Below, piece after piece: positions 30,374 through 42,901 of a stretch of 64,000 nucleotides of DNA. The notes under the pieces are model-generated. The model was not told where the DNA came from and ran no database searches. It saw only the letters and a program-made list of their open reading frames with translations. Both the position numbers and the translations under genes were made by a program. Position 1 is the first letter of the stretch. Every line of letters starts with the position of its first letter. Source of the stretch: Lysobacterales bacterium (GTDB lineage Bacteria; Pseudomonadota; Gammaproteobacteria; Xanthomonadales; Marinicellaceae); assembly GCA_027057345.1 (NCBI GenBank), contig JALUIX010000058.1, forward strand, positions 10,564 through 74,563, read 5' to 3'.

Positions 30374-30432
30374 ATGGATTCAGGGTAGGAATCGCCAAGC
30401 ACATTCGGTAAGCTCTATCCTGTTTTACTACT

Positions 30433-31095
30433 ATGGCCAAAGGCACCTTTATTGTGAAAACCCTTAAGCACCTGCTCGAAAAAAACCGCCAGTGGGCGGA
30501 CGCCATCCGGCGCCAGCAGCCGGATTTTTTCGAGCAGCTTTCGCGCCAGCAAAACCCGGATTACCTATGGATTGGCTGCTCTGACAGCCGGGTGCCCGCC
30601 AATCAGATTGTGGGCGTGGCTCCGGGGGAAATTTTTGTGCACCGTAACATTGCCAACGCCGTGGTGCACACCGACCTGAATTGCCTGTCCGTGATCCAAT
30701 ACGCGGTGGAGGTGCTGGGCATCAGGCACATCATTGTGTGCGGCCACTATGGCTGTGGCGGCATTCGCGCCGCCATGGAAAACCACCAACACGGCCTGAT
30801 TGACAACTGGTTACTGCACATCAAGGACACTCAGCGCTTTCACGCTGCCGAGCTGGAGCCGCTGGACGCAGAAAAGCGCTTCGGGCGCCTGTGCGAACTG
30901 AACGTCATTGAACAGGTCAAGAACGTGGCCCACAGCACCATCGTGCAAAATGCCTGGAATCGGCAGCGGACGGTGAACGTGCATGGCTGGATCTACGATC
31001 TGGGCAATGGCCTGATTTCCGACCTGGGCTGTGGTGTTTCCAACCAGGAAGAATTGCAAGCACTGGATGCGGACTCAACGGTTAAGCCGGGCTGA
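30433..31095 (+). CDS. can: beta-class carbonic anhydrase
   Basis: GCSDSRVP and VCGHYGCGG zinc-ligand contexts. Confidence 0.92.
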   Translation: MAKGTFIVKTLKHLLEKNRQWADAIRRQQPDFFEQLSRQQNPDYLWIGCSDSRVPANQIVGVAPGEIFVHRNIANAVVHTDLNCLSVIQYAVEVLGIRHIIVCGHYGCGGIRAAMENHQHGLIDNWLLHIKDTQRFHAAELEPLDAEKRFGRLCELNVIEQVKNVAHSTIVQNAWNRQRTVNVHGWIYDLGNGLISDLGCGVSNQEELQALDADSTVKPG

Positions 31096-31588
31096 GTGCG
31101 GCCTGTTTCTGCAGCTTTTTCAGGGCCATTTTCTTCTTCAGCGGCGACAGGCGATCAAGAAAAACAATGCCTTCGAGGTGATCCAGCTCGTGCTGGATAC
31201 ACACCGCCAGCAGGCCATCGGCCTCCATTTCGAAAGGCTTTCCGTGTTTATCCAGTGCCTTGACCCTGACACGCTCCGCACGCTTGACCTTGGCGTAGAT
31301 GTCCGGCACGGACAGGCAGCCTTCTTCACACACCTGCTCACCTTCCGCTGCTGTGATTTCCGGGTTGATAAAGCACAGGGGCTGGTTTTTTTCTTCCGAC
31401 AGGTCCATGACCACCAGGCGGATGTGGCGATCCACCTGCGTGGCCGCCAGACCGATACCGGACGCGGCATACATGGTTTCCAGCATGTCATCGGCCAGTT
31501 GGCGAATGCTTTCATCCACGGTTTCCACCGCTTTGGCCTTGGTGCGCAAGCGTTTGTCAGGCAAGGTGAGTATGGGCAAAATGGCCAT
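31082..31588 (-). CDS. def: peptide deformylase
   Basis: [16 protein letters not shown] and QHELDHL motifs. 3' end overlaps can convergently by 14 nt. Confidence 0.97.
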   Translation of the reverse strand: MAILPILTLPDKRLRTKAKAVETVDESIRQLADDMLETMYAASGIGLAATQVDRHIRLVVMDLSEEKNQPLCFINPEITAAEGEQVCEEGCLSVPDIYAKVKRAERVRVKALDKHGKPFEMEADGLLAVCIQHELDHLEGIVFLDRLSPLKKKMALKKLQKQAALSPA

Positions 31589-31775
31589 GAAGTCTCATCA
31601 GGTTTGTCAAAGGGTTAGTTTAGCCGATTTGACTGCGGGAGAGAACACGCCCCTTGATTTCGCGCAAAAACCCGCCTTTTTGAGTTAATCTGAAGGATGT
31701 ATCACAATTTTTTGTTTTACTCGGCACCCAAAATGGCTAAACTAAACTCACTTTAAAATCAAAGGGTTGTTAGCG

Positions 31776-32996
31776 ATGCTTAAAAAACAACATTTAATTG
31801 CAGCGCTGTTTTGGCTGGCCGCTTGGGCGGCATTCGCCGGTGAGGAGCCTGCAAACAGTCAGGGGGTGGAGCTCAACCCGTCGCACCCGGATGTGTATGT
31901 GGTGAAGAAAGGTGATACCTTGTGGGATATTTCGGCCCGGTTTCTCAAGTCCCCCTGGCTGTGGCCGGAAGTCTGGCACGCCAACCCCCAGATTGAAAAC
32001 CCGCACTTAATCTATCCGGGCGACCGCATCAGCCTGGTTTACGTGGATGGCAAGCCGCAACTTCGACTGGAGCGCGGTCATCCCACGGTCAAGCTGGGAC
32101 CACAGGCACGAGCCATTGATCACGACCAGGCCATTACCGCCATTCCTCTGGATGCCATCAAGCCTTTTCTGGAAGACCTACGTATCCTGTCGGATGAAGA
32201 GCTGAAAAACGTGCCTTACGTAGTGGCCATAGGTGAAGATCGCGTCATGGGCGCATCACCCTATGCCATTTACGTACGCAACCTAGACGCACACCCAGGC
32301 GAAACGTTTGCGGTGGCACACCCGACAGTAACTTATTACGAGGTGCCCCTGCACTACCCCTGGGATGAGTCCGATGAACGTGCCGTTAAATCCAAGGAGT
32401 GGCGTTTGAGTAGCCCGCACACTCTTGACAAGGTGTTGGGGCGTTTCTGGAAAAACTACATCAACCGCCCCTATTGGGAAAACGTCAAAATCCTGGGTCA
32501 TGAAGTAGCCGATATCGCCACGGCCAAAGTCACCAATGTGGACAAGGACGTGGCCACCCTGATGATCCATGGCGGCAAACAGGAGGTGCGTGCCGGTGAC
32601 TTGATCCTGCCGCTGAACAACAACCAGTACAATCCGTACTTCTTTCCCAAGCCTGGCAAGGTCAACGATGACAACGTACGCGTTGTGGCGCTGAACAATG
32701 CCCTTTTCCGGGCCGGGAAATGGCAGGTGGTTGCCATCAACCGCGGCAGCACCAGCGGCGTGCAGGTGGGTGATGTGTTTCAGGTCAACCGGCCGGAAAA
32801 AGTGATCCGAGATGAAATCATGCACCCCAAAGGTGACCTCAAAACCCTGTTCAAACCGGCCAAGGCCAAAGTCACCCTGCCGGAAGAGCCCGTGGGCCAC
32901 ATCATGGTGTTCCGCACCACGCCGCACATCAGTTACGCCATCATCACCGAGGGCAAGCGACCGGTCAAACTTTACGACTACGTGCGCACGCCGTGA
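31776..32996 (+). CDS. LysM-domain peptidoglycan-binding protein
   Basis: Signal peptide; YVVKKGDTLWDISARFL ... IYPGDRISL LysM block. Conserved position between def and dprA. Start moved to ATG 31776. Confidence 0.8.
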   Translation: MLKKQHLIAALFWLAAWAAFAGEEPANSQGVELNPSHPDVYVVKKGDTLWDISARFLKSPWLWPEVWHANPQIENPHLIYPGDRISLVYVDGKPQLRLERGHPTVKLGPQARAIDHDQAITAIPLDAIKPFLEDLRILSDEELKNVPYVVAIGEDRVMGASPYAIYVRNLDAHPGETFAVAHPTVTYYEVPLHYPWDESDERAVKSKEWRLSSPHTLDKVLGRFWKNYINRPYWENVKILGHEVADIATAKVTNVDKDVATLMIHGGKQEVRAGDLILPLNNNQYNPYFFPKPGKVNDDNVRVVALNNALFRAGKWQVVAINRGSTSGVQVGDVFQVNRPEKVIRDEIMHPKGDLKTLFKPAKAKVTLPEEPVGHIMVFRTTPHISYAIITEGKRPVKLYDYVRTP

Positions 32997-33022
32997 TCCC
33001 GGCTCTCTCGGCTGACAAATCC

Positions 33023-33054
33023 AAAAGGCTCGCGTTAGCGGGCCTTTTGCTTTT
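33023..33054 (+). terminator. rho-independent terminator after the LysM gene
   Basis: AAAAGGCTCGC-GTTA-GCGGGCCTTTT (one mismatch) followed by GCTTTT. Confidence 0.6.
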
Positions 33055-33081
33055 ATGCGGTCTTTGTCCTATATTGCCAGC

Positions 33082-34221
33082 ATGACAGAAACCGAAGCCT
33101 GGTTATTGCTGATACGCACCCCGGGGCTGGGCCCGGTGCGCATCAACCGCCTCATGGCACAGCTGGAATCACCCCGGGAGGCCTTTGGCCGAGCACGTTT
33201 CCCACCGGAGTGGAAGCTGCCTGTTGCCGCCCAGCAGGCCCTGCGCTCGCCGGACTTATCCGCCATACAGCGTGACCTAGACTGGTTGCAACAACCAGGC
33301 AATCACTTCATCACCCGCGAGGATGCCCTGTTTCCGCCCTTGTTGCGGGAAATCCCCCAGCCACCGGCGGCCCTGTTTGTGCATGGGCAGGCAGAAACCC
33401 TGGTGCAACCGCAGGTGGCCATTATTGGCAGTCGCCACGCCACCGAAGGCGCACTACGCAACACGCGCGATTTTGCCAGCGAACTGGCCCGTGTGGGGCT
33501 GACCGTCACCAGCGGCATGGCCCTGGGCGTGGATGGTGCATCGCACCAGGCAGCACTGGATGCCGGGGGCACCACCATTGCCGTCACCGGCACTGGCCTG
33601 GACATTGTTTATCCAGCCGCTCACCGGCAACTGGCCCACCGGATTGCCCGCCACGGCGCTCTGGTCTCTGAATTTCCCCTGGGTACCCCGGCGGCGGCCA
33701 GCCACTTTCCCCGTCGCAACCGGCTGATTGCCGGGCTGTCTCTGGGAACCCTGGTGTGTGAGGCCGGTCTCAAGAGCGGTTCCCTGATAACGGCCAGGCT
33801 AACCATGGAAATGAACCGACCCGTCATGGCCATTCCCGGTAGCATTCACAATCCGCTCGCGCGAGGCTGTCACCAGTTGATCAAACAGGGCGCGCGGCTG
33901 GTGGAGTCAGCCTCGGAAATGCTGGAAGAAATCCGCCCCATGAGCCAACGCCTGGCCGGTGACCTGAAAAAACGCCTGCAGGCGGCGGAATCCACGCAAA
34001 AAAGCCCGCCAGTGCTTGATTCCCCCGAGCAGCTGGCCTATAGTGCCGCCTCCCCGGAGGGGCAAAAAATTCTGAATCTGATTGGCTTTGACCCAACCCC
34101 CATCGATCAAATAATTTCCAAAAGCGGCTTGACCGCAAACGAAGTTTCCTCCATTCTGTTAATACTGGAGCTGGAAGGCACGGTTGAATCCCTGCCAGGC
34201 GCACAATACACTCGCTTATGA
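33082..34221 (+). CDS. dprA: DNA-processing protein DprA (Smf)
   Basis: EAWLLLIRTPGLGPVRI N-terminus; Rossmann-like core AIIGSRHAT ... SGMALGVDGASH. Start ambiguous: 33055 sits on the terminator T-tract, so 33082 is preferred. Confidence 0.88.
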   Translation: MTETEAWLLLIRTPGLGPVRINRLMAQLESPREAFGRARFPPEWKLPVAAQQALRSPDLSAIQRDLDWLQQPGNHFITREDALFPPLLREIPQPPAALFVHGQAETLVQPQVAIIGSRHATEGALRNTRDFASELARVGLTVTSGMALGVDGASHQAALDAGGTTIAVTGTGLDIVYPAAHRQLAHRIARHGALVSEFPLGTPAAASHFPRRNRLIAGLSLGTLVCEAGLKSGSLITARLTMEMNRPVMAIPGSIHNPLARGCHQLIKQGARLVESASEMLEEIRPMSQRLAGDLKKRLQAAESTQKSPPVLDSPEQLAYSAASPEGQKILNLIGFDPTPIDQIISKSGLTANEVSSILLILELEGTVESLPGAQYTRL

Positions 34222-34697
34222 ACGAAAACATTATCGATTTATTGTTGTACCTGTTCGAGCATTACCTGTACGACAACCCCGAACAGGCCATCGACCGCTC
34301 ACAGGTGCACAACAACCTGCGTGAAGCCGGCTTCTCTTCTCCGGCCATTGACAAGGCCTTTGACTGGCTGGAAAGCCTGTCCAGCCATTACGACACGGTG
34401 CAACTGAACGAGAACATCACCGCCCGTTCACTACGGGTTTTTTCCGACAGCGAGCAGGAAAAGCTGGACCGACAGTGTCAGGATTTCATTTACTACCTGG
34501 AAAACACCGGCATTCTGGACGCGGCGCGACGGGAAATTCTGATTGATAGCGTCATGATGCTGGAGATCGAGGACATTAACACCGAAGACCTGCAGTGGAT
34601 TGCCCTGATCGTCCTGTTTTCACAGCCAGGTCAGGAGCACGCATTTGCCACCCTGGAAAGCCTGCTGTTTGATTCACCAGTCAACTACGAACACTAG
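34218..34697 (+). CDS. smg: Smg (DUF494) protein
   Basis: MNENIIDLLLYLFEHYL; conserved dprA-smg-topA order; ATGA overlap with dprA. Its TAG stop is the left flank of MITE copy I. Confidence 0.9.
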   Translation: MNENIIDLLLYLFEHYLYDNPEQAIDRSQVHNNLREAGFSSPAIDKAFDWLESLSSHYDTVQLNENITARSLRVFSDSEQEKLDRQCQDFIYYLENTGILDAARREILIDSVMMLEIEDINTEDLQWIALIVLFSQPGQEHAFATLESLLFDSPVNYEH

Positions 34698-34764
34698 GGA
34701 AGCCCTGATCGAATCATGAACTCGCCTCTCATACCTGAAATGTCCAGGTTCGATCAGCGCTTCC
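34698..34764 (+). mobile_element. MITE copy I (subfamily 2, internally deleted, 67 bp)
   Basis: GGAAGCCCTGATCGAATCATGAACTCGCCTCTCATACCTGAAATGTCC matches one arm of copy H, then joins directly to the other terminal repeat (GGTTCGATCAGCGCTTCC). Flanks CTAG / CTGG. Confidence 0.7.
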
Positions 34765-34836
34765 CTGGCGCCGGCGCTAACCCATTGGCCCGTCCGCCCA
34801 GGGGCGAAAGCGGGCAGACCAAGAGAACACACCACC

Positions 34837-37266
34837 ATGGCTGAAAACCTGCTGATCGTCGAGTCACCCGCCAAATCAAAAACCATCGAGAAATACCTCG
34901 GCAAGAACCACAAGGTCTTGGCCTCCTATGGCCACGTCCGGGATCTGGTGCCAAAGAACGGCGCCGTGGACCCGGAACACGATTTCGCCATGAAATACCA
35001 GGAAGTGGAGCGCAACAAGCGCCACATCGACGCCATCGTGCGGGAAGCCAAAAAAGCCGATAACATTTACCTGGCCACTGACCTTGATCGCGAAGGGGAA
35101 GCCATTTCCTGGCACGTGGCCGAGATATTGAAAGAAAAAGGCGTGCTGGATGACAGCAAAAACGTCTACAGGGTGGTTTTTAACGAGATTACCCCTTCGG
35201 CCATCAAGGATGCGGTGGCCAACCCCCGTGACCTGTCCCAGAATCTGGTGGATGCCCAGCAGGCACGTCGGGCACTGGATTACCTGGTGGGCTTTAACCT
35301 TTCTCCGCTGCTGTGGAAAAAAGTCCGGCGCGGTCTGTCCGCTGGCCGCGTGCAAAGCCCGGCCTTGCACATGATTGTCAAGCGCGAAGAAGAAATTGAT
35401 GCCTTCGAACCGCAAGAATACTGGAGCGTCACGGCCGAGCTACAAAAACAGGCCGACGCATTTACCGCCCGCCTGGTTCAGTACCAGGGCAAAAAACTCA
35501 AGAAATTCGACCTCAACAACGCCGAGCAGGTCAACCAGGTACTGGCCGAACTGAAACAGCAGGCTGGCAAGGAGCTGGCAGTCAGCGACGTGCAGGAAAA
35601 ACTGCGCCAACGCCGCCCGGCACCGCCGTTCATTACCTCTACCCTGCAACAGGAAGCCGCGCGCAAGCTGGGTTTTTCCACCCGCAAAACCATGCAGATT
35701 GCCCAGCAATTGTATGAAGGCGTCAATGTTCGCGGCCAGCATCAGGGCCTGATCACCTACATGCGTACCGACTCGGTACACCTGGCCCAGGACGCGCTAC
35801 GTGAGATTCGCGAAACCATCGCGAAAAAATTCGGCCCGGAACTGGTGCCGGAAAAACCCAATTTCTACAAGAGCAAGGCCAAAAATGCCCAGGAGGCTCA
35901 CGAAGCCATTCGTCCCGTTCAGGCACGCCTGGCACCGGGGGAAATCCGTTCCGAACTGGACAACGACCAGTATCGCCTTTATCAACTGGTCTGGAAACGC
36001 GCCCTGGCCTCGCAAATGGTTCCGGCCCAGATTGCCACGGTGACGGCCAATTTCAATTTTGGCAACGATCACCAGCTGCGTTCCACCGGTTCCACGGTGG
36101 TCAAAAAAGGCTTTCTGACCGTTTATGAAGAAGGCGTTGACGACCGGAAAAAAGAAGACGAAGAACGCCTGCCGCCCTTGCAAGTCGGTGAAAAAGTTGC
36201 TGTCAGGGACATCACCGGCAAGCAACACTTTACCGAACCCCCACCCCGCTACACCGAAGCCTCGCTGGTCAAGGCCCTGGAAGAGTACGGTATCGGCCGG
36301 CCTTCCACCTATGCCAGTATCATCAGCACGTTGCTGAACCGGGAATACGTGGAGCTGGATCGCAAGCGCTTTGTACCCACCGACATTGGCAAAGTCGTTG
36401 CACGTTTTCTTGATCAGCATTTCGATCCATATGTGGACTACGAATTTACTGCACGCCTGGAAGACGAACTGGATGCCGTGGCACGCGGTGAAAAACCCTG
36501 GAAACCCCTGCTCAAGGAGTTCTGGGAACCGTTCATCAAGCGCATACACGAAAAGGAAGAGAGTGTCTCCAGCGAAGAGGCCCGTTACAAGCGTGAATTG
36601 GGCACCGACCCGGCCACCGGCAAGCCCATCACGGCACGCATTGGCAAATATGGCTCCTTTGTCCAGATCGGCTCGCGTGAAGACGAGGAAAAGCCCCGCT
36701 TTGCCGGCCTGCGCCCGGGCCAGAAGCTCGACACCATCACCCTGGAAGAAGCCCTGGAGCTTTTCAAGTTGCCACGGGACCTCGGCGAAACCCCCGAAGG
36801 CGAGCCCCTGTCGGTGAATATCGGTCGTTTTGGGCCGTATGTGCGCTACGGCAACAAATTTGTTTCCATCAAGGATGACGACCCGTACACCATCACGCGG
36901 GAAAAAGCCTTGCAGCTGGTGGCCGAGAAGAAAATCGCCGATGCCAACAAAATCATCAAGACCTTTGAGGATGGTATCCAGATTCTCAATGGCCGCTGGG
37001 GCCCCTATGTCACCGATGGAGAAAAGAACGCCCGCATTGGCAAGGACGTGGATGCCAAGAGCCTGAGCCATGAAGACTGCGTTGAGCTGCTGGCCAAGGC
37101 GCCGGTAAAAAAGAAACGTGGCACTCGCAAGACCACCAGCAAGAAAACCACCAAAAAGGCCAGCGCCAAGACCGGCAAGAAGACCACCAAAAAAACCGCA
37201 GCCAGCAAAAAGGCCGCAAGCAAAAAAACCAGCAGAAAAAAAAGCACAACCGCCAAAGCCAGCTAA
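34837..37266 (+). CDS. topA: DNA topoisomerase I
   Basis: Toprim LLIVESPAKSKTIEKYLG and catalytic Tyr context ITYMRTDS. The C-terminal region has three GxxGxYV repeats without CxxC zinc ribbons. Lys/Ala/Thr-rich tail. Confidence 0.97.
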   Translation: MAENLLIVESPAKSKTIEKYLGKNHKVLASYGHVRDLVPKNGAVDPEHDFAMKYQEVERNKRHIDAIVREAKKADNIYLATDLDREGEAISWHVAEILKEKGVLDDSKNVYRVVFNEITPSAIKDAVANPRDLSQNLVDAQQARRALDYLVGFNLSPLLWKKVRRGLSAGRVQSPALHMIVKREEEIDAFEPQEYWSVTAELQKQADAFTARLVQYQGKKLKKFDLNNAEQVNQVLAELKQQAGKELAVSDVQEKLRQRRPAPPFITSTLQQEAARKLGFSTRKTMQIAQQLYEGVNVRGQHQGLITYMRTDSVHLAQDALREIRETIAKKFGPELVPEKPNFYKSKAKNAQEAHEAIRPVQARLAPGEIRSELDNDQYRLYQLVWKRALASQMVPAQIATVTANFNFGNDHQLRSTGSTVVKKGFLTVYEEGVDDRKKEDEERLPPLQVGEKVAVRDITGKQHFTEPPPRYTEASLVKALEEYGIGRPSTYASIISTLLNREYVELDRKRFVPTDIGKVVARFLDQHFDPYVDYEFTARLEDELDAVARGEKPWKPLLKEFWEPFIKRIHEKEESVSSEEARYKRELGTDPATGKPITARIGKYGSFVQIGSREDEEKPRFAGLRPGQKLDTITLEEALELFKLPRDLGETPEGEPLSVNIGRFGPYVRYGNKFVSIKDDDPYTITREKALQLVAEKKIADANKIIKTFEDGIQILNGRWGPYVTDGEKNARIGKDVDAKSLSHEDCVELLAKAPVKKKRGTRKTTSKKTTKKASAKTGKKTTKKTAASKKAASKKTSRKKSTTAKAS

Positions 37267-37308
37267 TGGTGCTCATCACCTGGCCTGGCAGAAAGCGGGG
37301 TTGAAACC

Positions 37309-40168
<2,860 letters not shown>

Positions 40169-40179
40169 CTGCCCGGCGG

Positions 40180-41052
40180 TCACTCCTGAAGAAAAGCCTT
40201 TATCTGTTCTGCCACGGCAATGGCCCGGGTCAGGTGCAGGTGGTGGCCCCCGGACAGGCGCGAGACACTGGCTGGCGCCAGTGCGCGCAAGCGCTGGGAA
40301 GCGGTCTGGTAATTCAGCGCTTCGGTGACAGGCTCGGCCAAAAGCACCTGCGTGGGCACCTTGGTCGCTTGCAGTATTTCCTGAATTTGCGCTTCGGCCA
40401 GACGAAACAGGGATGGCAAGCGCAGGCGCTTATCGGTGCGCCAGTGATACTGCGCTTTGTCGTCGTCGGTTTCCCGCTTGGCCAGGCCGCGTTCCACCAG
40501 TGGTCGCAAGCACGCTACTGGCATAGGGGTGGCCTGTTGGCGCGCGGCAATGGCCGCTTCCACCGAGGGGTAAAAGCGCCGGTGTTCAAGCGTATGCGCC
40601 TGCCATTTGCGCACCGCCTTTTGTAACTCGGCCGCTGCCTGCCCGGGTTGCCATGGCGGGATCGGACCAAGGTTTTCGATCATAATCAGCCGCTCGGTGC
40701 GTTCAGTCTCGGCCACGCTGTAGAGCTGCGCGATGGCCGCTCCCAGCGAATGCCCCAGCAGCACGGCTTTGTCCCAACCCAGCTGATCCAGGATTTCCGG
40801 TACCTCCAGCACGTAGTCAAAAAACGCATAAATATGTCCCGGGGCACGGTGATCGGAATGGCCGTGGCCGGGAAAGTCCATGGCCAGCACTTCACAATCG
40901 GTCAACAAGGGCGCCAACGCGCTGAAGCTGGCGGCATTGTCCAGCCAGCCATGCAGAGCCAGCACCTTGCGAGGTGCGCCGGGGTTCCAATGCAAGCCGG
41001 TAACGGTGCCATAACGGCAGGAAAAGCGGCGTTCTTCGGGGCCTTTTCTCAT
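40180..41052 (-). CDS. alpha/beta-fold hydrolase
   Basis: VLALHGWLDNAASF and GHSLGAAIA. Start set at MRKGPEE (ATG 41052), which clears the hemH stop. Confidence 0.8.
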   Translation of the reverse strand: MRKGPEERRFSCRYGTVTGLHWNPGAPRKVLALHGWLDNAASFSALAPLLTDCEVLAMDFPGHGHSDHRAPGHIYAFFDYVLEVPEILDQLGWDKAVLLGHSLGAAIAQLYSVAETERTERLIMIENLGPIPPWQPGQAAAELQKAVRKWQAHTLEHRRFYPSVEAAIAARQQATPMPVACLRPLVERGLAKRETDDDKAQYHWRTDKRLRLPSLFRLAEAQIQEILQATKVPTQVLLAEPVTEALNYQTASQRLRALAPASVSRLSGGHHLHLTRAIAVAEQIKAFLQE

Positions 41053-41065
41053 ACTATTTGGCGTG

Positions 41066-42073
41066 TTATTGCCGGCTGGGGAGGTTCTGGGCCACAAGCT
41101 GCTCATACAGCAGCACCTGCGCTTCGCGGTCATTCAAGGCCGGGATGTAGGAAAAACGCTGCCCACCGGCCTGCAAAAAGGTGTCCCGGTATTGCATGTC
41201 GATTTCCTCCAGCGTTTCCAGCCCGTCGGTGGAAAACCCCGGGCACAGCACATCCACGTGGGACACGCCATCCTTGGCCCAGTCGGTCAAAACCGCATCT
41301 GTTTTTGGTTCCAGCCATTGCCGGGGGCCAAACTGCGATTGCCAGGCCAGTTGCCACTGGTTTTCGGTCAAACCCAACCGCTCGGCCAGTGCTTTGGCCG
41401 TGGCTTGACAGCGATCCGCATACGGGTCGCCAGCGTCGATGTATTCCTGAGGCAAGCCGTGAAAGCTCAGCAGCAGCTTCTGACCGCGACCATGCTGTTG
41501 CCAGTGTTTGTGCACCGAATCCGCCAGTGCCTTGATGTAGAAAGGGTGTGTGGCGTAGTCTTGTACATAGCGAATGGCCGGACGCGGCCGATCTGGATTG
41601 GCGGAAAAGTAGGCGTCTATCTGGTCGCGAATGGGGTCAAAGGTGGTGCGGGAATACTGTGGATACATGGCCATCACCAGCAGTTCATCACCGGTTTTCC
41701 AGTCGGTTTCGGCCAAACGCTGCTGCAATGACGGTTGACCATAAACCATGGCGTGGTCAAACTGGTGATCGGGATGACGCGCCGCCAGCTTTTCGGTCAG
41801 TCGGCGCGTGTACACAGCCAGCGGCGCGCCTTCTGGCAGCCAAATCTGTCGGTACTTTTCCGCCACTTTTCCCGATCTTAGCGGCAAGATAACGGTATTT
41901 AGCAACACGCTCCATAAAAGCCCGGTGTTTTTTATCACCCGTGGGTCACTGAGAAAGCGTTTCAGGTACCGTTTCACCGCGGTTTTTTCCGGCCGTTCGG
42001 GCGATCCAAGGTTCACCAGCCAAACCCGTTGCTGGCCTTTTTTATCTGCTTTTTTATCTTTTGCTTTTAACAC
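41066..42073 (-). CDS. hemH: ferrochelatase
   Basis: VWLVNLGSPERP, AMYPQYSRTT and SFHGLP blocks. The only in-frame ATG (42169) overlaps uppP by 71 nt, so GTG 42073 with upstream AGGA is preferred; the start is uncertain. Confidence 0.85.
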   Translation of the reverse strand: MLKAKDKKADKKGQQRVWLVNLGSPERPEKTAVKRYLKRFLSDPRVIKNTGLLWSVLLNTVILPLRSGKVAEKYRQIWLPEGAPLAVYTRRLTEKLAARHPDHQFDHAMVYGQPSLQQRLAETDWKTGDELLVMAMYPQYSRTTFDPIRDQIDAYFSANPDRPRPAIRYVQDYATHPFYIKALADSVHKHWQQHGRGQKLLLSFHGLPQEYIDAGDPYADRCQATAKALAERLGLTENQWQLAWQSQFGPRQWLEPKTDAVLTDWAKDGVSHVDVLCPGFSTDGLETLEEIDMQYRDTFLQAGGQRFSYIPALNDREAQVLLYEQLVAQNLPSRQ

Positions 42074-42098
42074 GCCATGGTTCCTGTGGGGGTGGGGC

Positions 42099-42899
42099 TC
42101 ATGCGCCGCTGCCCTGCTGCCATAACACGCCCAGGATGGCCAGACCCAGAACAATGCGGTAAATGGCAAACACTGCCAGTGGGGTTTTCTGCAGGAAACG
42201 CAGAAACCAGCCTATGGTGGCCATGGCCGTGACAAAACTCACCCCTGTCACCAGCAGCAACAAGGCATAAGAAAATTCCGCCGGTTGACGAATGACTTTG
42301 AGGCTGCCATAGGCGGTTACCAGCATCAAGGCGGGGATGGCCAAAAGAAAGGAGCCGCGGGCGGCGGTTTGTTTGTCCAGGCCCATCAGCAGACCGCCGG
42401 TGAGCGTGACACCCGAACGCGAGGCACCGGGGATCAAAGCCAGCACCTGCCAGATGCCCATTTTGATCAGGTGCCCGGGTTTCAGCTGTTTTTCCCGCGC
42501 CTGATGCAGCAACTCGGCCACCCACAGCAATAGCCCAAAAGCGATGCTGCTTAAAGCGATGACCCAGGCTGATCGCAACTGCGTTTCAATCAGGTCGTGA
42601 AACAACAGACCAAACACGGCCAGGGGTAGTGTGGCCACAACCAGAGCGGCGGCCAGCGCGCGGTTTTCTCCGCTCAGCATGGCCAGCAGATCCTGTCGGA
42701 AATACCAGATCACAGCCAACAGGGTGCCAAAATGCGCCGCAATGTCCACGACCACGCCCTGATCCGGCCAGCCTGTGAGCCATGACAACAGAATCAGGTG
42801 GGCCGAGGAAGACACGGGCAGAAACTCGGTCACGCCCTGTAATAGGGCCAAAACCAAAGCCTGCAACCAGCTAATGTCCGCCACCACTGGGGAAACCAT
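42099..42899 (-). CDS. uppP: undecaprenyl-diphosphate phosphatase
   Basis: LLQGVTEFLPVSSSAHL and PGASRSG motifs. Confidence 0.95.
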   Translation of the reverse strand: MVSPVVADISWLQALVLALLQGVTEFLPVSSSAHLILLSWLTGWPDQGVVVDIAAHFGTLLAVIWYFRQDLLAMLSGENRALAAALVVATLPLAVFGLLFHDLIETQLRSAWVIALSSIAFGLLLWVAELLHQAREKQLKPGHLIKMGIWQVLALIPGASRSGVTLTGGLLMGLDKQTAARGSFLLAIPALMLVTAYGSLKVIRQPAEFSYALLLLVTGVSFVTAMATIGWFLRFLQKTPLAVFAIYRIVLGLAILGVLWQQGSGA

Positions 42900-42901
42900 G
42901 T

